A stretch of DNA of 64,000 nucleotides from Nitrospirota bacterium (GCA_963663225.1 OY760142.1:2464001-2528000); one strand, 5' to 3'; counted from the stretch's first letter, positions 40,655 through 50,343 are shown. Made by a program: numbers and translations. Notes: a model not told the origin generated them from the sequence alone.

Positions 40655-40911
40655 CCAAGAATCCTCTAAGGCTTGCTGTCTTTCGAATTTACCGTTCCGA
40701 TGCGAAGGGACGCGTTTCTATTTTCCTTCTTACGTAATGCCTTAGTGCTGATATAATACAGGTAATCAGGTATTCATATATCCAAGGCTTATTGAATAAT
40801 CAATATCCAACGTCGATTGCAATGTGGTTGTATGCTTGCTGGCTTTCCTGGTAGGCGGAGGATCATTCCCCGGCAATTTTTGTATGATACAGTAGCTGGG
40901 GACACTTGGGC

Positions 40912-41946
40912 ATGATTATCAGCGAACAGCGAAAAAATAAAAAAAGAAATCGGATGTTTTCCCCATCTGTACGCGGCACAGAGAACATGCAGAAAATCAC
41001 CTGGACGTTCAGCGGAGCGCTGCTCCCGGCAACGCTCATGTCGGTTTACTATTTTGGGATACCTGCTATCCAGCTGATTTCCATCTGCATTGCGACAGCT
41101 CTGCTTTGTGACGTGATAATGCAATGGGGCTTGAGGAAACCGGTTTCAGTTTTTGACGGAAAGGCTGTACTGATTGGCCTTTTGCTTGCCTTGTGCCTCC
41201 CCTCAACGGTACCGCTTTATATGCCGGTTGCCGGAGCTTGCATTGCCATTATTATCGCAAAGCATCTTCTTAGCATACAAGGCTGCCCCGTGTTCAATCC
41301 CGCGCTTTTCGGCAGGGCCGTCCTGCTCTTCATTTTTCCCGGGTTCATGAGCAGCTTTACCGCACCTGCAGCCACTTTGTTGATCGTGGACGCAAAAACG
41401 ACGGCAACGCCTCTGATGCTTCTGAAACAGGAAGGAATGGGGAGACTCCTTGAAGTCTACCACACCAAAGCAGCCTTATACATAGATCTGCTCCTCGGCA
41501 ACCGGCCGGGATCCATAGGAGAAACATCAGTTGTGGCACTCCTGTTGGGCGCCGCATTTCTTATGGCAAAACGGTATATTACCTGGCATATTCCTGTTTC
41601 TTTTATTGCTACGGTCGGTATTCTTATGTGGATATTCGGAGGAAAAGAAGGGCTTATGACAGGTGACCCGATCTTTCATATGATGTCCGGAGGACTGGTG
41701 CTCGGTGCATTTTTCATGGCCACTGATTATATGACAACTCCCACCTTGCGCAGAGACCAAATCTTATTTGGTGTCGCTTGTGGATCTCTTACTACACTGA
41801 TCCGTTTGAAAGGCGGATATCCTGAGGGGGTGCTGTTCGCGATTCTTGTTATGAATTGTTTTACCCCGCTTCTTGACCGCCGTATCAAAAAGCGCATTTT
41901 TACCGCAGCAGATCTTGCGGAATTCCAAAACCGCAAACGGAATTGA
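40912..41946 (+). CDS. rnfD: RnfD/NqrB-family membrane protein (orphan, divergent)
   Basis: FNPA, FMN-Thr motif TTATPL, GSIGETS, FMATD..TP, GYPEG..FAIL.MN. Confidence 0.85.
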   Translation: MIISEQRKNKKRNRMFSPSVRGTENMQKITWTFSGALLPATLMSVYYFGIPAIQLISICIATALLCDVIMQWGLRKPVSVFDGKAVLIGLLLALCLPSTVPLYMPVAGACIAIIIAKHLLSIQGCPVFNPALFGRAVLLFIFPGFMSSFTAPAATLLIVDAKTTATPLMLLKQEGMGRLLEVYHTKAALYIDLLLGNRPGSIGETSVVALLLGAAFLMAKRYITWHIPVSFIATVGILMWIFGGKEGLMTGDPIFHMMSGGLVLGAFFMATDYMTTPTLRRDQILFGVACGSLTTLIRLKGGYPEGVLFAILVMNCFTPLLDRRIKKRIFTAADLAEFQNRKRN

Positions 41947-42053
41947 TAAAGAAACAAATCACCTGCTGTGCGGTAACGCGGAACAGAAACCGTGATTGTC
42001 ACTTATTGCTTGTAAAGAAACAAGAATCAGTCGATATGCGTTTCTTTTTTTTC

Positions 42054-42082
42054 TTGACAAAAACCATCGCTTAGGCTACAAA
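42054..42082 (+). promoter_or_regulatory. putative sigma70 promoter of gcvH-lpdA
   Basis: TTGACA-N17-TACAAA. Confidence 0.5.
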
Positions 42083-42125
42083 CAATTTCATTCTTGCCGT
42101 ATTATCATCCGTGGTGGAGGTTTTT

Positions 42126-42515
42126 ATGAATCCAGATGATGTCAAATATCACAGAGAACATTCCTGGGTGCGTGTCGAGGGAAATAAAGCGACAATCGGT
42201 ATCACAGATTATGCACAACAGCAGCTCGGCGATATCGTGTATGTGGAACTGCCTGAGATCGACACGGAGATCGATGCCGATTCGGAACTTTCAGAAGTCG
42301 AGTCTACAAAAGCAACTTCTCCGCTGGTCAGCCCCGTGTCAGGGACTGTCGTGGAGGTGAATGAGGACCTCGCCGATACGCCGGAGTTAATCAATGAAGA
42401 CCCCTACGGCAACGGCTGGCTTGCGGTCCTTGAATTGACAGACCCTGCGGAGCTCAGTGATTTGCTGAGCAAGGCCGAGTACGAAAAGTTTCTTCAGGAA
42501 GAAGAGGCCAAGTAA
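42126..42515 (+). CDS. gcvH: glycine cleavage H protein (lipoyl carrier)
   Basis: GITDYAQ..LGD, ESTKA lipoyl-Lys, N.DPYG.GW. GGAGG SD. Confidence 0.94.
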   Translation: MNPDDVKYHREHSWVRVEGNKATIGITDYAQQQLGDIVYVELPEIDTEIDADSELSEVESTKATSPLVSPVSGTVVEVNEDLADTPELINEDPYGNGWLAVLELTDPAELSDLLSKAEYEKFLQEEEAK

Positions 42516-42559
42516 GCGACGGGACGAATGAGAAAACAGAAAACAATGGAATAACGCCG

Positions 42560-42595
42560 AAGAGGGAGATCTTTTATTCTCCCTCTTTTTATTTT
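42560..42595 (+). terminator. hairpin/terminator between gcvH and lpdA
   Basis: AAGAGGGAGA-N8-TCTCCCTCTT followed by TTTATTTT. Confidence 0.7.
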
Positions 42596-42610
42596 CCGGA
42601 GGGAGGGACC

Positions 42611-44005
42611 ATGCCGACACACCTTACGATTATAGGCGCGGGACCGGGCGGATATGTGGCTGCAATCCGCGCGGCGCAGCGGGGGGCGCATGTTACCGTT
42701 GTCGAGAATTCTGAAGTGGGCGGCACCTGCCTGAATCAGGGCTGTATTCCCACAAAAGCACTGATTGCATCAGCGGAAGCACTCATGCACATGCGCCATG
42801 CAGCTGATTTTGGCCTGGAGGTTGCCGGTACGATCGGATACAATCTCGCCGGCATACGCGAGCGCAAGGACAAGATCGTGGCGACACAGGTCCGGGGCAT
42901 TCACAGTCTGTTCAAAAGCTGGGGCATAAATCTGATAACAGGAAAAGGCGCATTGCTGGCGCCTGATATTGTGCGGGTTGTTCAGAAAGACGGAACGACT
43001 ATGGATGTGAAGTCCGACAAAATTATCATTGCTACCGGTTCACGCCCTGCGGGGATACCGCATATAGCTTTTGACGCCGAACATATCATCTCAAGCGACG
43101 ATGCAGTGCGGCTTAAAAAGATCCCCAAAAGCATTCTTATCGTGGGCGCCGGCGTGATCGGCTCTGAGTTCGCTTTTGTGTATCGTACTTTCGGGGCAGA
43201 GGTGACGCTGGTCGAAATGCTGCCGCGCGCCTTGTCCACAGAGGATGAGGATATATCGGATATTATCGAACGCGAATTCAAAAAAACGAAAATCAAGCTT
43301 ATTGCCGGCGTTAAAGTTGAAAAGAGTGAAAAAGAAAGTGATGTGATTCTTACCACGTTAAGCAACGGACAGGTTGTCAGGTCTGAAATGGTGCTCGTCT
43401 CTATCGGTCGGTCCATGAACTCCGATGGTTTGGGGCTGGACGATGTGGGGGTGCTGCGGGGCACGCGGGGCGAAGTATTGGTAAATGAGAAACTGGAAAC
43501 GAACGTACCGGGCGTTTATGCAATCGGCGACGTGACGGGAAAATTTTTTCTCGCACATGTTGCTTCACACCAGGGCCTTGTTGCCGCAGAGAATGCACTC
43601 GGAGGTCAGGAAACGATGGACTACTCCGTGGTTCCATCGGGAATCTTCACCATGCCTGAAATCGGCAGCGCCGGACTTCGTGAAAAAGAGGCCCAAAACA
43701 GGAACAGTGCATATCGAACCGGAAAATTCCAATATCGGGCGCTCGGTAAGGCGCATGCCATGGGAGAAATTACCGGCATGGTAAAAATAATATCCGACGC
43801 AGTCACCGATGCTGTACTCGGTGTGCATATATGCGGCGCCCATGCAACGGATTTGATTCATGAAGGCGCGCTTGCCATTCGCATGGGCGCTACGACCAGA
43901 CAGCTCGGGAGCATGATCCACGCCCATCCGACCCTTGCCGAAGCTGTGATGGAGGCGGCTGAAGATGTACACGAACAGGCCGTTCATGTACCCCGGGAGA
44001 AGTAA
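42611..44005 (+). CDS. lpdA: dihydrolipoamide dehydrogenase
   Basis: GAGPGGY, GGTCLNQGCIPTK, GAGVIG.E (NAD-type), HAHPTLAE. Confidence 0.95.
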   Translation: MPTHLTIIGAGPGGYVAAIRAAQRGAHVTVVENSEVGGTCLNQGCIPTKALIASAEALMHMRHAADFGLEVAGTIGYNLAGIRERKDKIVATQVRGIHSLFKSWGINLITGKGALLAPDIVRVVQKDGTTMDVKSDKIIIATGSRPAGIPHIAFDAEHIISSDDAVRLKKIPKSILIVGAGVIGSEFAFVYRTFGAEVTLVEMLPRALSTEDEDISDIIEREFKKTKIKLIAGVKVEKSEKESDVILTTLSNGQVVRSEMVLVSIGRSMNSDGLGLDDVGVLRGTRGEVLVNEKLETNVPGVYAIGDVTGKFFLAHVASHQGLVAAENALGGQETMDYSVVPSGIFTMPEIGSAGLREKEAQNRNSAYRTGKFQYRALGKAHAMGEITGMVKIISDAVTDAVLGVHICGAHATDLIHEGALAIRMGATTRQLGSMIHAHPTLAEAVMEAAEDVHEQAVHVPREK

Positions 44006-44045
44006 TTTTCTTTTGTGCGGAAGGAACAAGTCCGCTGATGCACTA

Positions 44046-45425
44046 TTACTCAGGTTCACGCAGTTTTGCAAACGCCTTTACTACCACTTCAGGCAATGCG
44101 GGATGGATATGCATTCCTCCGGCGACTGACCAGAGGCTGCCTTCTGCGGCCATGACATTCACAACTTCCTGGATCAGAACGGATGCCTGAGGCCCGATAA
44201 TGTGATATCCGAGAATTTTGCCGCTTTTCCTGTGTACAACAGCTTTGGCAAAACACCCGGTTTCCCTCATGGCCTCACCGCGTGACGTATCCGTGTAGAG
44301 GGCCTTTCCCACAAGAATTTCATGCTTTCCCGTGAGCTTTGCGGCCTGTTCCTCGGTCAATCCGACCGACGCGATTTCCGGCCAGGTAAAAACCGCATGC
44401 GGCACTGTTTGATAATTCATTTTTGACTTTTTCCCGTGCACGGCGTTGTCCCAGGCAAGCTCAGCCTCGTGATTGGCAGCATGGCGGAACATTTTTTCCC
44501 CAAGTGCGTCGCCAAAAGCCCATATATTTTTCTTTGTGGTTTCCAGAAAATCATCAACAAGAATATAACCGTCCCCGGTCGTTGCTACGCCGGTATTTTT
44601 GACCAAAAGTGCGTCTGCATTTGACTTCCTTCCGGCCGCCATCAAAACATACTGCGCCATAAATTCCATTTGCTTGCCGGTATCTTGTTCTTTGGCAGTG
44701 ACGGTGGTATATGTTCCGGTCTGACGCACCTCAACAGCTTCCATGCCTGTATGGATTTTTACCCGACTGGACAGGGCGGTCGCGAGCAGTGCTGACACTT
44801 CAGGTTCTTCTTCAGGGACGATATGTTTATTGCGCTGGATGATTGTTACCGGCGTGCCCATGGCTTCAAAAAAATGGGCAAATTCAACAGCAATATAGCC
44901 GCCTCCGATAATTATCATGCTTTCAGGTCGCTCTGTAAGCTGAAGCACGGATTCATTCGTAAGATATTCGATGCTTTCTATGCCTTGAATCTGCGGGATG
45001 AAAGGCCGTGCTCCTGTGGCGATAAAAATGGTTTTGCCTTTTATCGTCTGGTTGTTGACTTCGAGTGTGTAATCTCCCGTAAAATGGGCAGTACCGAAAT
45101 AAAAATCGAAATCATCTGCTTCTTTCAGCGCTTCTTCAATGTGGTTCCGGCTGTGATGAACCGTGCGTCGCATCCGCTCCATGATACTGGAAAAATCGAT
45201 GTTTTTGACTTCAGCGGCAATGCCGAGTTTTCCGGCTTCCCGGACTTCCATAACGCGGTCGGCGGGATAGACAAGCAGTTTCGTCGGTATGCAACCCACG
45301 TTGAGGCAGGTGCCGCCCAAAGGCCCTCGGTCTATAAAAGCAACACTTTTTCCATGTGCCAAAGCGTCTTCGATCAGATTTGCACCTGCGCCCGAACCGA
45401 TGATCACGATATCGTATTCCTTCAT
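44046..45425 (-). CDS. flavoprotein disulfide reductase (mycothione reductase/Lpd-like, probably NADPH-type)
   Basis: GGTCLNVGCIPTK, GGGYIAVE + QR, HIHPALPE. Confidence 0.88.
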   Translation of the reverse strand: MKEYDIVIIGSGAGANLIEDALAHGKSVAFIDRGPLGGTCLNVGCIPTKLLVYPADRVMEVREAGKLGIAAEVKNIDFSSIMERMRRTVHHSRNHIEEALKEADDFDFYFGTAHFTGDYTLEVNNQTIKGKTIFIATGARPFIPQIQGIESIEYLTNESVLQLTERPESMIIIGGGYIAVEFAHFFEAMGTPVTIIQRNKHIVPEEEPEVSALLATALSSRVKIHTGMEAVEVRQTGTYTTVTAKEQDTGKQMEFMAQYVLMAAGRKSNADALLVKNTGVATTGDGYILVDDFLETTKKNIWAFGDALGEKMFRHAANHEAELAWDNAVHGKKSKMNYQTVPHAVFTWPEIASVGLTEEQAAKLTGKHEILVGKALYTDTSRGEAMRETGCFAKAVVHRKSGKILGYHIIGPQASVLIQEVVNVMAAEGSLWSVAGGMHIHPALPEVVVKAFAKLREPE

Positions 45426-45580
45426 GAATTCACCTCTTTTGAATTTTAGCAGATTTATGAGTGGAGTCAATGAAACGTATACTAGAGAAATCTGAAAAAT
45501 AATTGCTGTCCATTTCTTCAGTTACTTACATTGACAAATCATCATACTTATGGCAGGATATTTTTACTCAGGAGTCCACT

Positions 45581-46702
45581 ATGGATGAAGTCAATATAAC
45601 CATTATCGGCGCAGGTGTCGTGGGTTTGGCAACAGCAGCGGAGCTGTCTGCCTTCTACGACAATATTATTGTTCTTGAGAAACATGACAGCTTCGGCCGG
45701 GAGACGAGCAGCCGCAACAGCGAAGTCATCCATTCAGGCATCTATTATCCCCACGGATCATTGAAAGCAACACTGTGCGTGGAAGGGGCTAAACTGCTGT
45801 ATGAACTGTGCGCCTGTCATTCTATACCCTATAAAAAAACTGGGAAATTAATTGTTGCCGCCGACAAATCAGAAGAACTTATTCTTACGAATCTCCTTGA
45901 GAAAGGAAGACAAAATAATGTTCAGGGCCTGACCCTGCTGAGTAAACAGGATGTCAGCACGCGGGAACCGCATATTATTGCCGAGGCGGCGCTGTATGCT
46001 CCGGAAACCGGGATTATAGATTCTCATTCTCTGATGAAGCATTTTTATACTGTTGCGGAAGCAAACGGAACTCTGTTTGCGTTCAACAGCGAGTTGAATA
46101 GTCTGGCCCGTGTAAAGGATGGTTTTATCGCCGGGATAAAGCAGGACGATTATCAATTCCACTCTCGCATTATCATAAACTGCGCCGGTTTGTATTCAGA
46201 TTGTATAGCCGGGCTTGCGGGCATTGATGTTCATAAACATGATTATACGCTCAAGTACTGTAAGGGCTCTTATTTCTCATATGCCAAACCGTCGCCTGTA
46301 TCCATGCTTATTTATCCGGTTCCTCATGAGGAACTGGTAGGACTCGGAGTGCACGCGACACTCGATCTGGGTGGACGCCTTCGCTTCGGTCCGGATGCGG
46401 AGTATGTCCCGGGGACACTCGATTACAAGGTGGATCCAGGCAAAAAAGACGGTTTTTTTCAGGGAGCAATGCGGATTATTTCAGACCTTGACCAAGACGC
46501 TTTTGTTCCCGATATGTCCGGTATCCGGCCAAAACTACAGGGGCCGGGTGAGAAAGTAAGGGATTTTATCATCAGAGAAGAATCGGACAAAGACTTGCCG
46601 GGTCTGATTAATCTGATCGGAATAGAATCGCCCGGCTTGACAGCATCTCCCGCTATAGCGAAAATGGTGGCAGGAATGGTCAAGAAATTGCTGCCATCGT
46701 AA
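45581..46702 (+). CDS. FAD-dependent oxidoreductase, L-2-hydroxyglutarate oxidase (LhgO) family
   Basis: GAGVVG, TSSRNSEVIHSGIYY, KG.YF, LGVH, GIRPK, GIESPGLTAS. Confidence 0.88.
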   Translation: MDEVNITIIGAGVVGLATAAELSAFYDNIIVLEKHDSFGRETSSRNSEVIHSGIYYPHGSLKATLCVEGAKLLYELCACHSIPYKKTGKLIVAADKSEELILTNLLEKGRQNNVQGLTLLSKQDVSTREPHIIAEAALYAPETGIIDSHSLMKHFYTVAEANGTLFAFNSELNSLARVKDGFIAGIKQDDYQFHSRIIINCAGLYSDCIAGLAGIDVHKHDYTLKYCKGSYFSYAKPSPVSMLIYPVPHEELVGLGVHATLDLGGRLRFGPDAEYVPGTLDYKVDPGKKDGFFQGAMRIISDLDQDAFVPDMSGIRPKLQGPGEKVRDFIIREESDKDLPGLINLIGIESPGLTASPAIAKMVAGMVKKLLPS

Positions 46703-46907
46703 CCTTTCCGAAAGAAATATTCATTTCTTTTTTCTTCAAAAATTTTCTCTTACCTAAAATTCTAGAACCATTGTCTTCTACAGTTATTTTATACGCCTAA
46801 GGTATCATATTTTCATAAGAACTTCCCGGCAAAACACAGCAGAACTTGCTATACTCATGGCAAAAGACAGTTATTCTTTTTAAAAAAATTCAAGCAAGGA
46901 GGAGCAC

Positions 46908-47372
46908 ATGAACAAAAAAATATTTATCATAGTGTTATCACTGCTTTTAACTATCGGTTTTGCTTTCACTGCATTTTCCCAAATGAAGCCTGATGTGCTG
47001 GTTAAACAACGTCAGGCTGCCATGACACTGCAGGGAAAATATTTTGCTCCTCTTGCCGGTATGGCCCAAGGCAAAATTCCTTATGACGCAAAAATAGTTG
47101 CGCGGAATGCAGGCTATCTGCATGTGTTGTCCATGATGCCTTGGGATGGTTTTGATCCGAGCACGGCAAACGAGAAGTCCGGCGCGCTTCCGGCTGTTTA
47201 TTCGGACAACGCCAAGTTTAAAAAGGCTGCTGAAGATATGCAAGCTGCCGCTGCAAGATTGGTCACGGTATCAAAAGGAAGAGGAAAAGACGAAGCCATT
47301 ATCAAAACAGCCATCGGTACGGTTGGAAAAACGTGCGGGGCGTGTCACGATAATTTCCGTCAAAAACAATAA
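46908..47372 (+). CDS. class II cytochrome c (cytochrome c'/c556)
   Basis: Signal peptide, RQ..M, C-terminal CGACH. AGGAGG SD. Confidence 0.92.
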   Translation: MNKKIFIIVLSLLLTIGFAFTAFSQMKPDVLVKQRQAAMTLQGKYFAPLAGMAQGKIPYDAKIVARNAGYLHVLSMMPWDGFDPSTANEKSGALPAVYSDNAKFKKAAEDMQAAAARLVTVSKGRGKDEAIIKTAIGTVGKTCGACHDNFRQKQ

Positions 47373-47390
47373 AATCATCAATTTTGTAGT

Positions 47391-47421
47391 AAAACCCCAC
47401 GCGGTACAGTGGGGTTTTTTT
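47391..47421 (+). terminator. hairpin between cytochrome genes
   Basis: AAAACCCCAC-N8-GTGGGGTTTT followed by T run. Confidence 0.7.
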
Positions 47422-48309
47422 ATGAAAGGGGAACTTTTGATTTCCATACGTCCGGTGCTGATTATCATTGTTTTCTTCTTCCTGCTGTCAGATGTGACAG
47501 CCGCAAACGCGCAACCAGGGGAAAGTATTAAACGGGGTGAATATCTGGTAAAAACAGCCAATTGCATCGGCTGTCATACGGAGGAGCGCGACGGGGCGAT
47601 TCCGTACGCGGGTGGGCGGGCGCTGAAGACTCCCTTCGGCACCTTCTTTGGACCGAATATCACGCAGGATAAAGAAGCTGGAATAGGACGCTGGAGCGAG
47701 GCTGATTTCGTCCGTGCAATGCGATCAGGCATGCGTCCGGACGGCGCTGCATATTTTCCCGCATTTCCGTATCCGTCTTACACGAAAATCACCGATACTG
47801 ATCTAAAGGACATGTGGTCGTATCTGCGCACCCTCGCCCCAAACAACCAGGGAAACCGGCCGCATGATCTTGGTTTTTTCTTTCAGTGGCGTTTTTTGGT
47901 GCGTTTCTGGAAACTACTGTTCTTCACGTCCGGACCGTTTATAAATGATTCCGGCCGTTCTCCTGCTCTCAACAGAGGTGCATATCTCGTCCAGGCAGTA
48001 GGCCATTGCGGTGAATGTCATACACCGCGTAATTTTCTTGGAGCTCCGAAAATAAGCCGCTTTTTGGCGGGAGGAATGGCTCCGGATGGGAAAAGAGTGC
48101 CGAACTTGACCCCCACGCGACTGAAAAGATGGAGTGATCAGGAGTTGCATGATTATTTGACCACGGGAGTAATGCCTGATGGAGATGTTGCCAATAAAAC
48201 CATGAGTGAGGTGATTCAGAATTCAACACGCGGGCTTACACCGGAAGACATGGTTGCCATGATTGCTTATATGAGGTCGCTGCCGCCTCTTGAAGATGAT
48301 CCCAAATAG
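47422..48309 (+). CDS. diheme cytochrome c (ADH/gluconate-dehydrogenase cytochrome subunit-like). Start may be TTG 47437
   Basis: Signal peptide, RGEYL...CIGCH, TPFG...PNIT.D...GIG.WS, YPSY, RGAYL...HCGECHTPR. Confidence 0.9.
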   Translation: MKGELLISIRPVLIIIVFFFLLSDVTAANAQPGESIKRGEYLVKTANCIGCHTEERDGAIPYAGGRALKTPFGTFFGPNITQDKEAGIGRWSEADFVRAMRSGMRPDGAAYFPAFPYPSYTKITDTDLKDMWSYLRTLAPNNQGNRPHDLGFFFQWRFLVRFWKLLFFTSGPFINDSGRSPALNRGAYLVQAVGHCGECHTPRNFLGAPKISRFLAGGMAPDGKRVPNLTPTRLKRWSDQELHDYLTTGVMPDGDVANKTMSEVIQNSTRGLTPEDMVAMIAYMRSLPPLEDDPK

Positions 48310-48312
48310 TCA

Positions 48313-48459
48313 TCATCGCACGAGCAGCGGAATGCCGAATAGGACTCCAAACGCGGCAAACAGCCAGGGGATGCCTTCACCTGCCAAATATCCCGAGAAA
48401 ACGAAATAGAAACTTGTAATCACACTAGTTCCGCAAATAATTATGACAGCTATCTGCAT
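48313..48459 (-). CDS. small hydrophobic two-TM ORF (48 aa), not in the ORF track
   Basis: MQIAVIIICGTSVITSFYFVFSGYLAGEGIPWLFAAFGVLFGIPLLVR. Starts 12 nt after the tkt stop. No clear SD. Confidence 0.45.
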   Translation of the reverse strand: MQIAVIIICGTSVITSFYFVFSGYLAGEGIPWLFAAFGVLFGIPLLVR

Positions 48460-48471
48460 ATGATCATTCGG

Positions 48472-50343
48472 TTAGCTTCTAGCCCGATGTGTTTTTTTCT
48501 TTGTGCGTTTTCCGCGTTTTTTCGTCACTTTCATTACTTGAGCAATAATCGCTTTGGCGGAGATTTCCTCAAATGCGAGCAGCTCTTCCGGTTTTCCGCT
48601 TTTCGGCATTTTCCGGACGCAGAGCGAATATACGGGAACGGGTTCTTTCGCAAGGGCACTGCGAACGGCTTCGCTTATGCCGCCTTCAGCAAAGTGGTCT
48701 TCCACGGTGATGATTGCTCCGGTCTCCTTTGCAGCTTTTCTGATCGTTTTTGTATCAACGGGTTTTATGCTGTAGAGATCAATGACCCGAATGAAAATAC
48801 CCTTTTCTTTCAGCGTCGCATGGGCCTGCAAAGCTTCATGCAGTGTGATGCCGGCGGCCACTACCGTGACAACGTCGGCCTTATTCGCTCTTAAAACCTT
48901 GCTTCCGCCGATGGCGAATGCATCCGTGTTCCGGTACAGAATGGGTGTTTCCTTTCGCGTAGTCCGCATATATGCAATGCCGCGGTGTTTTGCCATTTCT
49001 TCGAGCAGCTTTTCCGTGGACACGGCGTCCGAAGGATAGAGCACAACACTCTCCAAAATGGTCCTGAACATGGCGATATCCTCAAGGCCCATTTGCGATG
49101 AACCATCTTCGCCTATGGAAACACCGGCATGAGAACCGCAAAACTTGATGTTCGCGTGGGAATATTGGGCCATCCTGATCTGGTCAAAGGCCCGGGTAAG
49201 AAAAGCCGCAAATGTTGAAAGAAATGGTATTTTGCCGCGAATAGAGAGCCCGAGCGCTGTGCCGACCATGTTCTGTTCAGCAATATACATTTCCAGGAAC
49301 CGCTCAGGATACGCTGCTTTGAATATTTCTGAAAACGTGGAGTTGCTCACTTCCGCGTCAAGCACCACCATGTCCGGAAACGCCGGGAATATTCTTTCCA
49401 GGGCCGTGCCGTAAGCGTGCCTTGTTGCCACGGATTTGCCAGCGGTATAAGAAGTACGGGCGGCGGTCCCGGGTTTCTGTCCAAGAGGCCGGATATCATC
49501 CGGTTCTTCGATGCGGCCTTGTATTGTTGTATCGACAGGTCCGAGTTCCTGTAATCCTCGTGCCAGTTCTTCTTTTTTGAGCGCTTTCCCGTGCCATCCG
49601 TTTTTATCCTCTATGAATGAAATCCCTTTACCCTTCAGCGTTTTTGCGATGATCATGGTCGGTTTATCGCCAGGTCCTGCCGCCTGCTTAAACGCCGTTA
49701 AAATCTGGGCCATATCATGGCCGTCTATGACGATGGTTTCCCATCCGAAAGACGCAACTCTGTTTTTGTATACATCCAGGTTGTGCCCGTACATCGTTTC
49801 ACCGCGCTGACCGAGACGGTTTACGTCCAGAACGCCTATGAGATTATTCAGCTTGTAGAACGAGGCTATCTCCAACGCTTCCCAGAGTGAGCCTTCAGCC
49901 ATTTCACTGTCTCCCAGAAGGACATATGTCCGATAGAACAGTTTGTCGATATATTTGGCGTTTATTGCCATTCCGACGCCGATCGAGAGCCCCTGTCCGA
50001 GCGATCCGGTTGCCGCTTCCGTATGGCGAAACGCGGGAGTAGGATGCCCTTCGAGAGGGCTGTTGAATTTTCTATAGCTGAGCAGCTCTTTTTCCGAAAC
50101 CGACCCTGCCGCGGCCCAAAGAGAATAAAAAAGAGGGGAGGCATGGCCCTTGGAAAATATTAATCTGTCGTTGGCGGGGTGGAGCGGATCAGGGATCCGA
50201 TATCTGAATGTTCCGCCGAACATGAGGCCGGTCATCAGATCTGCAGCGGATAAGGAGGAGGTCGGATGGCCGGATCCTGCTTCAGTGGATATGACGAGGC
50301 TGTAGTAGCGGACAAGCTTGGCAATACTTTCGAGATTATTCAT
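48472..50343 (-). CDS. tkt: transketolase (short, about 620 aa fused type)
   Basis: SGHPTSS, SKGHA, GSLGQG, GD.E..EG...N ThDP motif, IAEQNM, GEDG.SQM. Start ATG 50343 after GGAGG. Confidence 0.95.
   Translation of the reverse strand: MNNLESIAKLVRYYSLVISTEAGSGHPTSSLSAADLMTGLMFGGTFRYRIPDPLHPANDRLIFSKGHASPLFYSLWAAAGSVSEKELLSYRKFNSPLEGHPTPAFRHTEAATGSLGQGLSIGVGMAINAKYIDKLFYRTYVLLGDSEMAEGSLWEALEIASFYKLNNLIGVLDVNRLGQRGETMYGHNLDVYKNRVASFGWETIVIDGHDMAQILTAFKQAAGPGDKPTMIIAKTLKGKGISFIEDKNGWHGKALKKEELARGLQELGPVDTTIQGRIEEPDDIRPLGQKPGTAARTSYTAGKSVATRHAYGTALERIFPAFPDMVVLDAEVSNSTFSEIFKAAYPERFLEMYIAEQNMVGTALGLSIRGKIPFLSTFAAFLTRAFDQIRMAQYSHANIKFCGSHAGVSIGEDGSSQMGLEDIAMFRTILESVVLYPSDAVSTEKLLEEMAKHRGIAYMRTTRKETPILYRNTDAFAIGGSKVLRANKADVVTVVAAGITLHEALQAHATLKEKGIFIRVIDLYSIKPVDTKTIRKAAKETGAIITVEDHFAEGGISEAVRSALAKEPVPVYSLCVRKMPKSGKPEELLAFEEISAKAIIAQVMKVTKKRGKRTKKKTHRARS

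Noticed and set aside
40525-40737. 70-aa ORF after the NifU-like gene
   Set aside because: It runs through a strong terminator hairpin and has no recognisable features.
40790-40805. FNR box upstream of rnfD
   Set aside because: Spacing is TTGA-N4-TCAA rather than the TTGA-N6-TCAA required for FNR/Crp. Kept only as an unassigned palindrome.
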